Under the pieces are notes generated by a model that saw only the letters and a list, made by a program, of their open reading frames with translations, had not been told where the DNA came from and searched no databases. From NCBI RefSeq assembly GCF_006345805.1, contig NW_021835550.1:1-39298 (forward strand): DNA of 39,298 bases, read 5' to 3'. The DNA is from Octopus sinensis (Eukaryota). Position numbers and translations under genes: made by a program. Below are positions 11,512-22,529 of the stretch, one piece after another; position 1 is the stretch's first letter; every line of letters starts with the position of its first letter.

Positions 11512-12060
11512 TTCGTTCGTTTATTGGCCACAAGGGCTAACAAAAATCAATTAAAACATAAAGGGACAAAACACAGGACGAAAGTTACAAAGGGTTTTGT
11601 CCGTTTGAAAAAGTCCGTGTACAAAAGCAGGATGACAACGAAAAATAACTAACAATTAAAACTCCCAATAGGGGGAGGCGCTTCGAAAATTTACTCGTGG
11701 AAAACCCATAAAAGCCATGGGAGCCTGATCAAAAGTGAGGTAGAGAGCCCCTTTCTCCTTTTATATTTCCTTTTAATTTTCACAAGTGTATCCTCAGAAT
11801 TGGTCCGTTCATACTGGCTATTCTTGCGACATTCACCCACCTTTCAATAAACTTGCTACCAGACAGCACTTCCCTCTCTACTCTCATCTTCCTTTTCAAG
11901 TGAAACTTGAAAAAGTTGATGAGGCCTTGACCAAAGAGGAAAGTGTCTGACCTTAGCCCTTTTAAACGGGTCCACCATATCACCTCTTTCGCTACAGCCT
12001 CTAGGCAAAGGAAAGCTGCCTTGCCCTCCCGGTTAAAGGAGGTCGGCGGGGCAATCACTA
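11512..12060 (-). mobile_element. 5'-truncated Tx1/L1-type LINE 3' end (ORF2 C-terminus plus 3' UTR)
   Basis: ORF 12058-11780 ...EAVAKEVIWWTRLKGL...LINFFKFHLKRKMRVEREVLSGSKFIERWVNVARIASMNGPILRIHL* resembles the C-terminal AKxxIWxxR...FxxRW pattern of Tx1/L1 ORF2. The 3' UTR ends in CCCTTGTGGCCAATAAA followed by ATT repeats. Confidence 0.65.
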
Positions 12061-12064
12061 TGGA

Positions 12065-12366
12065 TTCCGCCGAGGTCGACTTTGCCTTTCATCCTTTCGG
12101 GGTCGATAAATTAAGTACCAGTTACGCACTGGGGTCGATGTAATCGACTTAATACCTATGTCTGTCCTTGTTTGTCCTCTCTGTGTTTAGCCCCTTGTGA
12201 GTAATAAAGAAATAGGCATTTCATCTGTCTTCACGTTCTGAGTCCAAATTCCGCCGAGGTCTACTTTGCCTTTCATCATTTCGGGGTCGATAAATTAAGT
12301 ACCAGTTGTGTATTGGGATCGATCTAACCGACTGGCCCACAAAATTTTGGGCCTTTTGCTTAGAGT
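12065..12366 (+). mobile_element. SINE family A, headless core+tail1-core+tail2
   Basis: Begins at TTCCGCCGAGGTCGAC, joined to the 5'-truncated end of the Tx1-like fragment in opposite orientation. Confidence 0.88.
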
Positions 12367-12375
12367 TGAACAGCA

Positions 12376-12418
<43 letters not shown>

Positions 12419-12422
12419 AAAC

Positions 12423-12461
<39 letters not shown>

Positions 12462-12487
12462 CAACAATAATAATACTAATAATAATC

Positions 12488-12662
12488 TTTCTTGCTTTAA
12501 GCATAAGACCTGAAATTTTTTTTTTTGGTGGGGGGGGGGAAGTTAGTCGATTAGATCGACCCCAGTATGCAACTGGGGCTAAATGTATCAACCCCGAAAG
12601 GATGAAAAGCGAAGTCGACATAGGCGAAATTTAAACTCAGAACGTAAACACAGACGAAATGC
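12488..12662 (-). mobile_element. SINE family A partial copy (tail2+core)
   Basis: Match to core and tail2. The head is replaced by a family C head at 12665. Confidence 0.8.
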
Positions 12663-12664
12663 CG

Positions 12665-12812
12665 GTTCTTTCAGCTTCCGTCTAACAAATCCACTCACAA
12701 GGCTTTGGTCGGCCCGACGCAATAGTTGAAGACACTTGCTCAAGGTGGGACTGAATCCGTAACCATGCGGTTCGTAAGGAAGCCTCTTACAACACGAGCC
12801 ACTGCTACGCCT
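12665..12812 (-). mobile_element. SINE family C, 5' half
   Basis: Head match, fused to a family A core. Confidence 0.75.
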
Positions 12813-12814
12813 AT

Positions 12815-12854
<40 letters not shown>

Positions 12855-13089
12855 TATACACACATACACATACATACACTCACTTACCCCCTCCCCCCAT
12901 ACACACAGATACACACAAATATGTGCTCATGCACACACATAGGTATGGCTTACTTACGTCACACCAAACTGACCAATCAATTGAAGATCTAGCGTGACGT
13001 AATTAGTATTCCCAGGTCAACCTTTCTGTTATCAAATTAAAAAAAAAATCAACATTCACACAAGCTGTTGCTTGTTTCCACTGCAAACA

Positions 13090-13103
13090 GGTTCGACTCG
13101 TTT

Positions 13104-13139
<36 letters not shown>

Positions 13140-13350
13140 ACTACTACTACTACAACTAGTACTACTGTTGCTGCTGCTACTACTACTACCGCTTATACTA
13201 CTACTATTATCACCATGACGACCACCTCCATCACCAGCACCTGCACAACTACACCAACACCGCCATTCCCCTACTACTACTACTACTACTACTACTACCA
13301 ATACTGCTGCTGCCGCTACTGCTGCTGCTGCTGCTGCTGCTGTAGTTGGT
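13090..13350. repeat. (TAC)n/(TGC)n compound microsatellite
   Basis: Direct reading. Confidence 0.9.
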
Positions 13351-13629
13351 CGCTGCCATTATAATTGTTGCTCTTAGTAAGTGGATCTATTTAGAAGTTC
13401 TTGTGATAGTTGTGGTTGTTGTTGCTGTTATTGTCAGAAACAAGAACAAGAAAAACGAAGGCAACATCAGCAACATCTGCAGCAGCAGCAGGAACAGCAG
13501 CAACAATAGGGGCAGGAACACCAGAAATAACACAAAGAACTTTATCAGTAATTGTAATTAAAAACAGCCACACAAAATCTTAATTGTAGGAATAACAATA
13601 AAACAGTGCATACATATAATAAGGGTTTC

Positions 13630-14500
13630 AACGTTTGACACAAGGTCCGGAGTTACGGGGAGAGGCTTATTTGATTACATCGACCCCAGAAGTCAACTGG
13701 TTCTTATTTTATCAACTCCAAAGGGATAAAAGGAAAAAGTCGACCTCGGCGGAATTTGAACACAAGACGTAGTGACAGACGAAATGGCGCTAAGGATTTT
13801 GACCAGCGTGTTAATGATTCTGCCAGCTTACAGCCTTAATAATGGTTTCAAATTTTGGCACAAGGCCAGCAATTTTATGGGAGGGTGTATGTCGATAACA
13901 TCGACCCTGGTGCTCAACTGATATTATTTATTTTATCGACACTAAAACGATGAAAGGCAACGTCGACCTCGGCGGAATTTGAACACAAAACGTAGTGACA
14001 GACGAAATGGCGCTAAGCATTTTGACCAGCGAGCTAATGATTCTGCCAGCTTACAGCCTTAATAATGGTTTCAAATTTTGGCACAAGGCCAGCAATTTTG
14101 AAGGAGGGTGTAACACGATTACATCGGTCCTAGTGCTCAACTGATATATATTTTATCGACGCTAAAACGATGGAAGGCAATGTCAACCTCGGAGGAATTT
14201 CAACACAAGACATAGTGACGGACGAAATCGCACCAAGCATTTTCACCGGCAGGCTAACGATTCTGCCAGCTTGTAGCCTTAATGATAATAATGGTTTCCA
14301 GTTTTGCCACAAGACTAGCAATTTTGGATGAGGGGTTAAGTCGATTACATTGATCCCAATGCTCATCTGGTACTTATCTTATCGACTCTGAAAGAATAAA
14401 AAGGTAGAATCGGCCTCGACTAAATTCGAACTCAGAAGGGAAAAACGGATGAAATACCGCTAAGCATTATGCCCGGCGTGCTAACGATTCTGCCAGATCA
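13630..14500 (-). mobile_element. SINE family A, four head-to-tail full copies (tail3 type)
   Basis: Core marker at 13739, 13962, 14182 and about 14410. The first three share diagnostic changes (TTTGAACACAA, GTAGTGACAGACG, CCAGCTTACAGCC or close variants). Confidence 0.88.
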
Positions 14501-14513
14501 CAGTCATTGAATA

Positions 14514-14591
<78 letters not shown>

Positions 14592-14593
<2 letters not shown>

Positions 14594-15175
14594 CGCTGAC
14601 AAATGGTATAAACACCATCCTGAAGGTCTGACCGAGGGAGAAAATGTGTCGATTCTCAGGGACTTCCTCGTACATACCGATAAAACTATTAAAGCTAATA
14701 AACCGGATATTATTATAAAAGATCAGATAAAAAAGGTGTGTTTATTAATTGGCATGAGTATTCCTTGCGATCACAATATAGCAGCGAAAGAATTTGACAA
14801 AATCAGTAAATATAAAGACTTGCTAATAAAAATTGAAAAAATGTGGCATCTCCAGGCAACTACAGTACCAGTGATTGTAGGATCTCTAGGAACGATAAAA
14901 AAAAGTTACTGAAATCTATTTGAAAATGATACCAGGCTTACCATCCCTACAGGAAATGCAAAAAATCGTGTTAACTGGAACGACTCATGTACTGAGAAAA
15001 GCATTATCGCTGTGAAAACAACAGCAATTCATGAATTTATTTATTAATTTTTTAAAAACACATATTTTACCTGTGAATTTGCGTGTGTAATCTGGGAATG
15101 CATACAATGAGCTTCTCTGCCCTAGGTGTACGGAAAACACTCGGCAAGAAATGGAAGAAAATTTGAAGATAGAAA
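14592..15175 (+). mobile_element. 5'-truncated R4/Dong-type non-LTR retrotransposon: restriction-like endonuclease domain plus 3' UTR
   Basis: Frame reads NADKWYKHHPEG...ILRDFLVHTDKTIKANKPDIIIKD...CLLIGMSIPCDHNIAAKEFDKISKYKDL...TVPVIVGSLGTIKK. After a frameshift in the A-run near 14900 it continues MIPGLPSLQEMQKIVLTGTTHVLRKALSL* (stop 15013-15015). This is a PD-(D/E)xK RLE pattern. (AAT)n/(AAC)n tracts flank it. Confidence 0.88.
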
Positions 15176-15192
15176 AAAAAAACAGCAACAGC

Positions 15193-15225
<33 letters not shown>

Positions 15226-15322
15226 AATAATAATAATAATAATAATAATCTTTATTGATTTGTTATTGTCTGCTTTCAAGTAAAGAATAACCGGTAATTA
15301 AGAACTATCTGAGAGTCTTTCA

Positions 15323-15380
<58 letters not shown>

Positions 15381-15381
<1 letters not shown>

Positions 15382-15726
15382 GCAATATGAATTAACAGAG
15401 AACTGGTATGACCATGCAGGAGGATGGAAAAGTAACGATACTCTGGGACTATGATTTTCAGACGGAGCGTGTAATATACTGTCAGATCATTGATGTAGCC
15501 ATACCAAATGACATGAATGTTGTGAGTAAAGAGGTTGAGAAAATCACCAAGTACTCCGAACTGAAAGTGGAAATGGCAAGATTGTATGGAATGCGAGAGG
15601 GTAATGTAGAAGTGATACCAGTGGTGATCAGAGCGCTGGGCTTAATCCCATTGAAACTTTAGACTTCTTAAGGCAGCAAGATTGATGTCTTGCAAAATAC
15701 AGTCTTATTGGACACAGCGCACGTCT
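15381..15726 (+). mobile_element. Second, divergent R4/Dong-type RLE fragment with an internal deletion
   Basis: ENWYDH...DGKVTILWDYDFQTERVI / CQIIDVAIPNDMNVVSKEVEKITKYSELKVEMARLY...VEVIPVVIRALG...LQNTVLLDTAHVL. The PD segment is missing. Preceded by (AAT)n and truncated by the hAT-like MITE. Confidence 0.82.
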
Positions 15727-16529
15727 TAGTGGTACTCAGCCGTTGTCGCTATGACCTTTGGGAGTCCATATAAGATTTTGCTGTCAAAATTTTATGCGCA
15801 AAAAATTGTTTATATTGGGTTGTCCGGAAAGTTCGTGCCAATTTATAATAGCTTAATTTTCGACTTATTTTAGAACATGGTTGAGTTCATAAAATAGGAT
15901 TTGACTAAACGTCCATTTAGAGCACAGTTTAAACTATCTTTTCGTGGAAGAAGGTTCATGTTCCTATAAACTGTGTTAATTCTGTAACCCTTTAAAATGG
16001 AAGATAAGAAAGTTCATTTTCGGCACTTGATGCTTTGGGAACCAGACAAAAATTGCTGCAGCTCGGCTGGGATGTGTTACCTCACCCTCCATATTTACCA
16101 GATATTGCTCCTTCGGTTTTCCACTTATTCAGGTCTCTGCAGAATAGTCTTGATGGTAAAAATTTCAATTCCGTGGATGACGTAAAAAGATACCTTGATG
16201 AAGTCTTTACCATGAAACCACCTCAATTCTGGGAAGAAGGTATTTTCAAGTTAAAGGAAAGATGGAGACGCATTGTGCAACAAATTGGTTCATATTTGGT
16301 TGATTAAAAATGTAATGGGAAGTATTTATTGACATGTTTCTTTCCTTTAAAAATCGGCACGAACTTTCCGGACAATCCAATAATTCCAATACCTAAAATA
16401 TTTTAACAATTGTCTTTGTATGCAATTCCTAATAACATTTAATTTTAAAACATCGACTGCTTAAGAGGGTCCACCTAGGTAAAATATGAACGAAAGGTTC
16501 CATTGGCAAAAATTGGTTGAGAACCACAG
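15727..16529. mobile_element. Probable hAT (Charlie-like) MITE interrupted by the mariner
   Basis: Ends TAGTGGTACTCAGCC (15727-15741) and GGTTGAGAACCACAG (16515-16529) match 11/15 as inverted repeats and resemble CAGTGGTTCTCAA hAT-Charlie termini. No 8-bp TSD could be confirmed. Confidence 0.5.
15815..16380 (+). mobile_element. Internally deleted (non-autonomous) mariner transposon, 566 bp
   Basis: 31-bp TIRs (15815-15845 and 16350-16380, 2 mismatches) flanked by TA. The transposase N-terminus MEDKKVHFRHLMLW (15997) is fused to the C-terminus ...LGWDVLPHPPYLPDIAPSVFHLFRSLQNSLDGKNF...RWRRIVQQIGSYLVD* (to 16307). This carries a degenerate YSPDLAPSD motif. Confidence 0.95.
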
Positions 16530-17659
16530 TTTTAGGTAATGAAGTCCTATAAACCCGTAAAAGAAGATAACCACAATCGTGGCTGAATTCTTTAACTAAG
16601 TACCTGTTGGATCAAGACTGATCTGGGTTAAGAGCTAGTTTGGGATTAGCCGTTGATCTAAGTTTAGCGGTGATAACAACAACAATTAAATCCTACTTTC
16701 CCGCTCTTGGTTTAAACAGTAACACTACTAAATGTCAAATGCGTCACACTCCTTAACATAAACGTACCACACACACACACACACATGCGTGCGCATAGAC
16801 TAACAAAGGGCAAATATGCGAGGAATTAGGCGCAAAACCTCAAATCTTCGACACATATTTAACTTAGTAAATAAAAATACACAATGAACGTATAGTTTGC
16901 GAAAATTCCCAGGCACTGCGTCTGACCAACACTAAAATAAAGAAACGTCAACATTTACTGCTCACGTAATGTATTTTGTTCATTGTGATTTATTTATATC
17001 AGACTCGCCTTGTGTAAACCTAACCTCTACGCCACAAAGCATGAGAAACAACAACAAAACCCGGAAAAACTGCATTTCAGACAATCACAGCTGTAGGGAA
17101 AACCACGCCCAAACTTTATAGTTATAAAACGAAACACGATTTCGAAAAATTAATGTTTACGAGCTGAATATGAAAAGAGTGCAATATATTGTTACAACGG
17201 GCTCCCAATTATATTATGCTTAGTACTAGACGTTCAGAAACCATTAAACTGCCACATTTGCGACACCTTTAGTGTACAGTAACCCTGACAACATTAACTC
17301 TTCTCAAACAGTCTATATACGCGGAGTGCATACGCACTCGTATGCATGCACATCCGGAGTCACATATTTAATTTTAACAAAGGACCTGTTGGCTGCTGTT
17401 GTACCGTTGGGGTTTATTTATAGGCAGTGACACTGTTTTCTTTCTCTTTTTTTTTTTGTTTTTGTTTTTGCTTCCTTCGTGCATTGAGTACTGAATACAA
17501 ATCGTCCCATTAGTAGATATATAACCAGTGGATTAAAACAAAACTAAAAAAACTACGATATCGGAGACAATGTTCTTTGTTTTAAAATCGAGCTGTTGGT
17601 ACTGCTGAGCCTTTGAACAACATGCTTCACGTAACAATTCTGTCCTTTACCACACACAC

Positions 17660-17940
<281 letters not shown>

Positions 17941-17941
<1 letters not shown>

Positions 17942-18205
17942 CGACCTCCGACACACAAGTGCAAACAAGGGAGTCAGAGAAAGGCAGAATGCCACTTAAA
18001 TCTGAACACTACTATAGAAATATTCTTTTAAAAAATCTTTTCTTCTAATTTTTCTAAATTTAATTATTTAATCGTTACAGTTGAAAAGGTCTCAAAATGA
18101 CCGAAACCGGTACTGAAATGTTCACTATAAAATTATTTTAGCATTTTCTATTTTTGACTTGTTTTTTCATATATATCAACTCGTGTGTTCCTTTTCACCC
18201 TTATA
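17941..18205 (+). mobile_element. Short element of about 265 bp embedded in (TA)n and carrying the decayed HHR; probable solo PLE terminal repeat
   Basis: Non-microsatellite segment bounded by (TA)n tracts on both sides and containing the 18075-18118 motif. Confidence 0.4.
18075..18118 (+). ncRNA. Decayed minimal type I hammerhead motif
   Basis: UUACAG-UUGAAAA (2 changes from CUGAAGA)-GGUC UCAAAAU GACC-GAAA-CCGG-UA^(18112)-CUGAAA. Perfect 4-bp stem II and the palindromic ACCGGU minimal stem III typical of dimeric HHRs. The first core box is mutated. Confidence 0.5.
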
Positions 18206-18911
18206 CATACATATATATATATATATAATACAAAATGGGAGAAGGACGCATAACATGCAGAGAGGTGATGCAAAAAATGGACGACATAAGAATCTATTTT
18301 AGAAGCTTCGAGGGAAAATAAGATAATTCCCAGGGGCAGCCATGGACTTTTTCTATTCAAAGGCTTTCAAAAAAAATTATACGTTTTATTTTTAGCTTTA
18401 TCCGTTTCGAATTCAATCAGTTTTTTCCCACCTTTCTACAATAATTCTATTCATATTTAGATTAGTTTACAGAAATATCAAACACGCGGTCTCGGTACTT
18501 GACTGGTACATAATTTTATATAACTTATGCAGAATGAAAAGAAAAGCTGAACGTGACCAAGTTAGGAAGTCGGTGATTTCATGAACGCTGACGTGGGAAA
18601 AAAAAACAATAAAGTCAACCACGGTATTTGCAGGCGTATAAGTCGCCATTTTAGAAAATTTTTAAATCTATCGAAAAATTACTTTGCATTGAGATCGAGC
18701 GCTATACAATATGGATCCGAATGAGCATAAGTCCATTAGGGAGTACTTAAATAAATTGTTGAAAACAAGCCAAAATATATAACAGATTTTTGGGTTTTTT
18801 TTCCCTAAATTTACGAAAAATTGCTTAGAGTATGTCAGCAGTTACGAGGGAAATTCACATTGCTGTACACCCTTCCTCAGTATGCATAGCCCACACCTCA
18901 TATGTATTTAT

Positions 18912-19270
18912 TCTTATTCTTTTATTCAGTTGACTGCGGCCATACTAGAGCACCACCTTGAAGTGTTTCAGTCGGAACAAATCGACCGCAGGACTTACCT
19001 TTGAAGCCGGGTATATTTTGCCGAACCGCTAAGTTACAGGGACGTAAACATACCCACACCGGTTGTCACATGGTGATATGGGGGAGGGGCGGAGAAACAC
19101 AGACACAGATACACACGCGCGCACACATATATACGACAGGCTTCTTTCAGTTTCCGTCTACCAAATCCACTCACAAGGATTTGGTCAGCACCAGGCTATA
19201 GTATACACGCAGTGGGACTGAACTCGGAACTATGTGATTGAGAAGCAAGCTTCTTATCACACAACCACGA
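18912..19270 (-). mobile_element. SINE family C, decayed
   Basis: Module match with internal deletions. Confidence 0.8.
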
Positions 19271-19287
19271 CTTACATTATTATGTAA

Positions 19288-20057
19288 GGCGGCGAGCTGG
19301 CAAAAACTTTAGCAGGCCAGGCGAAATGCGTAGCCGTATTTCGTCTGTCTTTACGTTTTGAGTTCAAATTTCTCCGAAGTCGACTTTGCCTTTCATCCTT
19401 TCGGGGTTGATAAATTAAGTACCAGTTACGCACTGGGCTCGATATAATCAATTTAATCCGTTTGTCTGTCCTTGTTTGTCCTCTCTGTGTTTAGCCCCTT
19501 GTGGGTAGTATAGAAATAGGTATTTCGTCTGTCTTTACGTTTTGAGTTCAAATTCCTCAGAGGTCGACTTTGCCTTTCATCCTTTCGGGGTTGATAAATT
19601 AAGTACCAGTTACGCACTGGGCTCGATATAATCAATTTAATCCGTTTGTCTGTCCTTGTTTGTCCTCTCTGTGTTTAGCCCCTTGTGGGTAGTATAGAAA
19701 TAGGTATTTCGTCTGTCTTTACGTTTTGAGTTCAAATTCCTCAGAGGTCGACTTTGCCTTTCATCCTTTCGGGGTTGATAAATTAAGTACCAGTTACGCA
19801 CTGGGGTCGATATAATCAATTTAATCCGTTTGTCTGTCCTTGTTTGTCCTCTCTGTGTTTAGCCCCTTGTGGGTAGTATAGAAATAGGTATTTCGTCTGT
19901 CTTTACGTTTTGAGTTCAAATTCCTCAGAGGTCGACTTTGCCTTTCATCTTTTCGTGGTCGATAAATTCAGTACCAGTTACGCACTGGAGTCGATCTAAT
20001 CGGATGGGCCCCTCCCCCAAAATTTCGGGCCTTGTGCCTAGAGGAGAAAAGATTATT
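19288..20057 (+). mobile_element. SINE family A concatemer, head-(184-bp core+tail1)x3-core+tail2
   Basis: GTATTTCGTCTGTCTTTACG at 19336, 19520, 19704 and 19888, an exact 184-bp period with near-identical units. Confidence 0.95.
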
Positions 20058-20401
20058 TAAGGTCTGTATTACCTTTAAGAAACATTTATTTTTATAATTA
20101 TCGAAATGAAATTTATCTGGGGAAGATGATTAAACCGTTAAATTTCATAGGTTTATCATCTACTTCGAAAGAGTGGATAACAACAAAACTACAGCGGTTG
20201 TGTACCACCCTGGAGGCCGATTTATGTAGCACAAAACGTCACAGCCAGGCATACGAGTTTTACTTCCTGAATCACAATCCTCCCGATCAAAATATAAATA
20301 ACTAAATAGTTGCAAGGTAGAGTCCGTCGGTTTTACATTTCATATTGGGAACAGCTTTCTTGTTCTATTTTTAACTCAATCTTTCTTGTTCTGTAGCCCA
20401 A

Positions 20402-20477
20402 TTTTTCTTCTTCTTCTTCTTCTTCTTCTTCTTCTTCTTCTTCTTCTTTCTTCTTATTATTATTATTATTATTATTA

Positions 20478-20540
<63 letters not shown>

Positions 20541-20601
20541 TAGTTTTATTTTTATAGCGTGCTTTCACTTCACTACCGAGCGCAGCTCTGTGTGCCTTGG
20601 G

Positions 20602-20675
<74 letters not shown>

Positions 20676-20680
20676 GTTGC

Positions 20681-20714
<34 letters not shown>

Positions 20715-20716
20715 GG

Positions 20717-20747
<31 letters not shown>

Positions 20748-20781
20748 GTTGTTGTTGCTGTTGTTGGTGTTGTTGTTGTGG

Positions 20782-20822
<41 letters not shown>

Positions 20823-20860
20823 GGGTGTTGTGTTGTTGTTGTTGTTATTATTATTATTGG
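20402..20860. repeat. (TTC)n-(TAT)n-(TGT)n compound microsatellite
   Basis: Direct reading. Interrupted by the family G fragment. Confidence 0.95.
20536..20602 (-). mobile_element. Family G, shorter copy
   Basis: Reverse complement of 22900-22969, within a (TAT)n tract. Confidence 0.7.
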
Positions 20861-20865
20861 GAAAT

Positions 20866-21305
20866 CGTTGAGCTGCCAGAACTTAGCACCCTCGACGAAA
20901 TACTTAGCGGTATTTCGCCCGCCGCTGAGTTCAAATTCCGCCGAGGTCGACTCTACATTCCATCCTTTTGGGATTGATTAATTAAATACTAGTGAATCAC
21001 TGGGATTGATAAAAATCGACTAGAAACCCTCCATACAATTTTAAGGCCTTGTGCCTCCAGCAGACAGGATCATTATCATCATTATTGTCAGCGAGCTAGC
21101 AGAATCGTTAGCACAGTAGATGAAACGCTTAGCGGTATTTTGTCCGTGCATACGTTCTGACTTCAAATTCCACCGAGGTCCACTTTGCCTTTCATCCGTT
21201 CGGGGTCAATAAATTAAGTACCGGTTGAGTACTGGGGATCGATGTAATCGACTAGTCCCCTACCACCAAAATTTCAGGCCTTCTGCCTATAGTAGAAAGG
21301 ATTAT
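20866..21305 (+). mobile_element. SINE family A, two tandem copies ending in (ATT)n
   Basis: Copies at about 20866-21070 and 21088-21305. The second runs directly into the long (TAT)n tract. Confidence 0.85.
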
Positions 21306-21325
21306 TATTATTATTATTATTATTA

Positions 21326-21370
<45 letters not shown>

Positions 21371-21592
21371 CATTATTATTATTATTATCATTATTATTAT
21401 TATTATTATTATTTATTATTATTATTATTATTATTATCATTATTATTATTATTATCATTATTATTATTATTATTATTATTATCATTATTATCATTATTAT
21501 TATTATTATCATTATTATTATTATATTATTATTATTATTATCATTATTATTATTATTAATTATTATTATTATTATCATTATTATTATTATTA

Positions 21593-21637
<45 letters not shown>

Positions 21638-21680
21638 CATTATTATCATTATTATTATATTATTATTATTGTTATTATTA

Positions 21681-21733
<53 letters not shown>

Positions 21734-21750
21734 TATTCTCATTATCATCA
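21300..21750. repeat. (TAT)n tract extending from a SINE A tail
   Basis: Direct reading. Confidence 0.95.
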
Positions 21751-21994
21751 AGGCGTCTATTGTTTGTACACGGCTGAATGAATACGAAGCAACTTCCGCG
21801 TTCGCTTGTCTGGTAGCTTATGAATATTTAGCATAAAAGAAAATTTTTGTATAGAAGAAAATATTAGCTGATTTTCGTACAATAACATTTTGTTCAACAG
21901 ACAAAAATTGGTTAAATATTCTGTAAAAGGAAAGTATCTGTTTACTTATTAGTTTTACTCGCGTGTGACTTTTTTTTTTTTTTTCGTCTCTCAG

Positions 21995-22043
21995 ACTACA
22001 CGATTTCAAGATGGCTACTTCCGGTAGCCGTCTGAAAGACAAT
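21995..22043 (+). CDS. Candidate first coding exon, MATSGSRLKDN (ATG at 22011)
   Basis: Acceptor T14-CGTCTCTCAG| at 21994, CAAGATGGC start context, and donor AAT|GTGAGT at 22044. A possible upstream non-coding exon ACTTCCGCG...CTG|GTAGCT ends at 21812. Product not recognised. Confidence 0.35.
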
Positions 22044-22529
22044 GTGAGTGGAGATGAGATCAAGTCTAGAATCGATTTTTTTTTATTGTTTTTTTTTTTT
22101 TGCCACTTTTCTTTTGTATGAATATTGCATGAATATTTGTGTGCATGTGTCTGTGTGTGTGTTTGTGTGCATACAATTTGTCAACTACGAGGCACAGAGC
22201 ATACGGAGAGGGATACTTTCAATTACAACTGAGACAGATGCAATAGCTTCCACAAGTGGCAATAGCCGTTCAAGCATTTGGACCTGGAGATCTCCATTTC
22301 CAGCGACTTCGAGGGCCACCTCCCAGTGGTGTCGGGCGTCAACGAAGAGCCCTCGACTACAACAAGACAACCAAAGTTTGTTTTTTTTTGCCAAGGTCTG
22401 GGGTCTCCCGCCCCTAAGCCCTAGATCATCACCTGATCACCCTTACCCGTCTTGTTGCTTAACAACAACAACAATAAGACCAACTGACAACAGTAAGCAT
22501 AACTACAACAGCAACCATAACGATTTCGA

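Noticed and set aside
22411-22424. TTAGGG-like words (CCCCTAAGCCCTAG)
   Set aside because: Only two imperfect units, which is not an interstitial telomere array.
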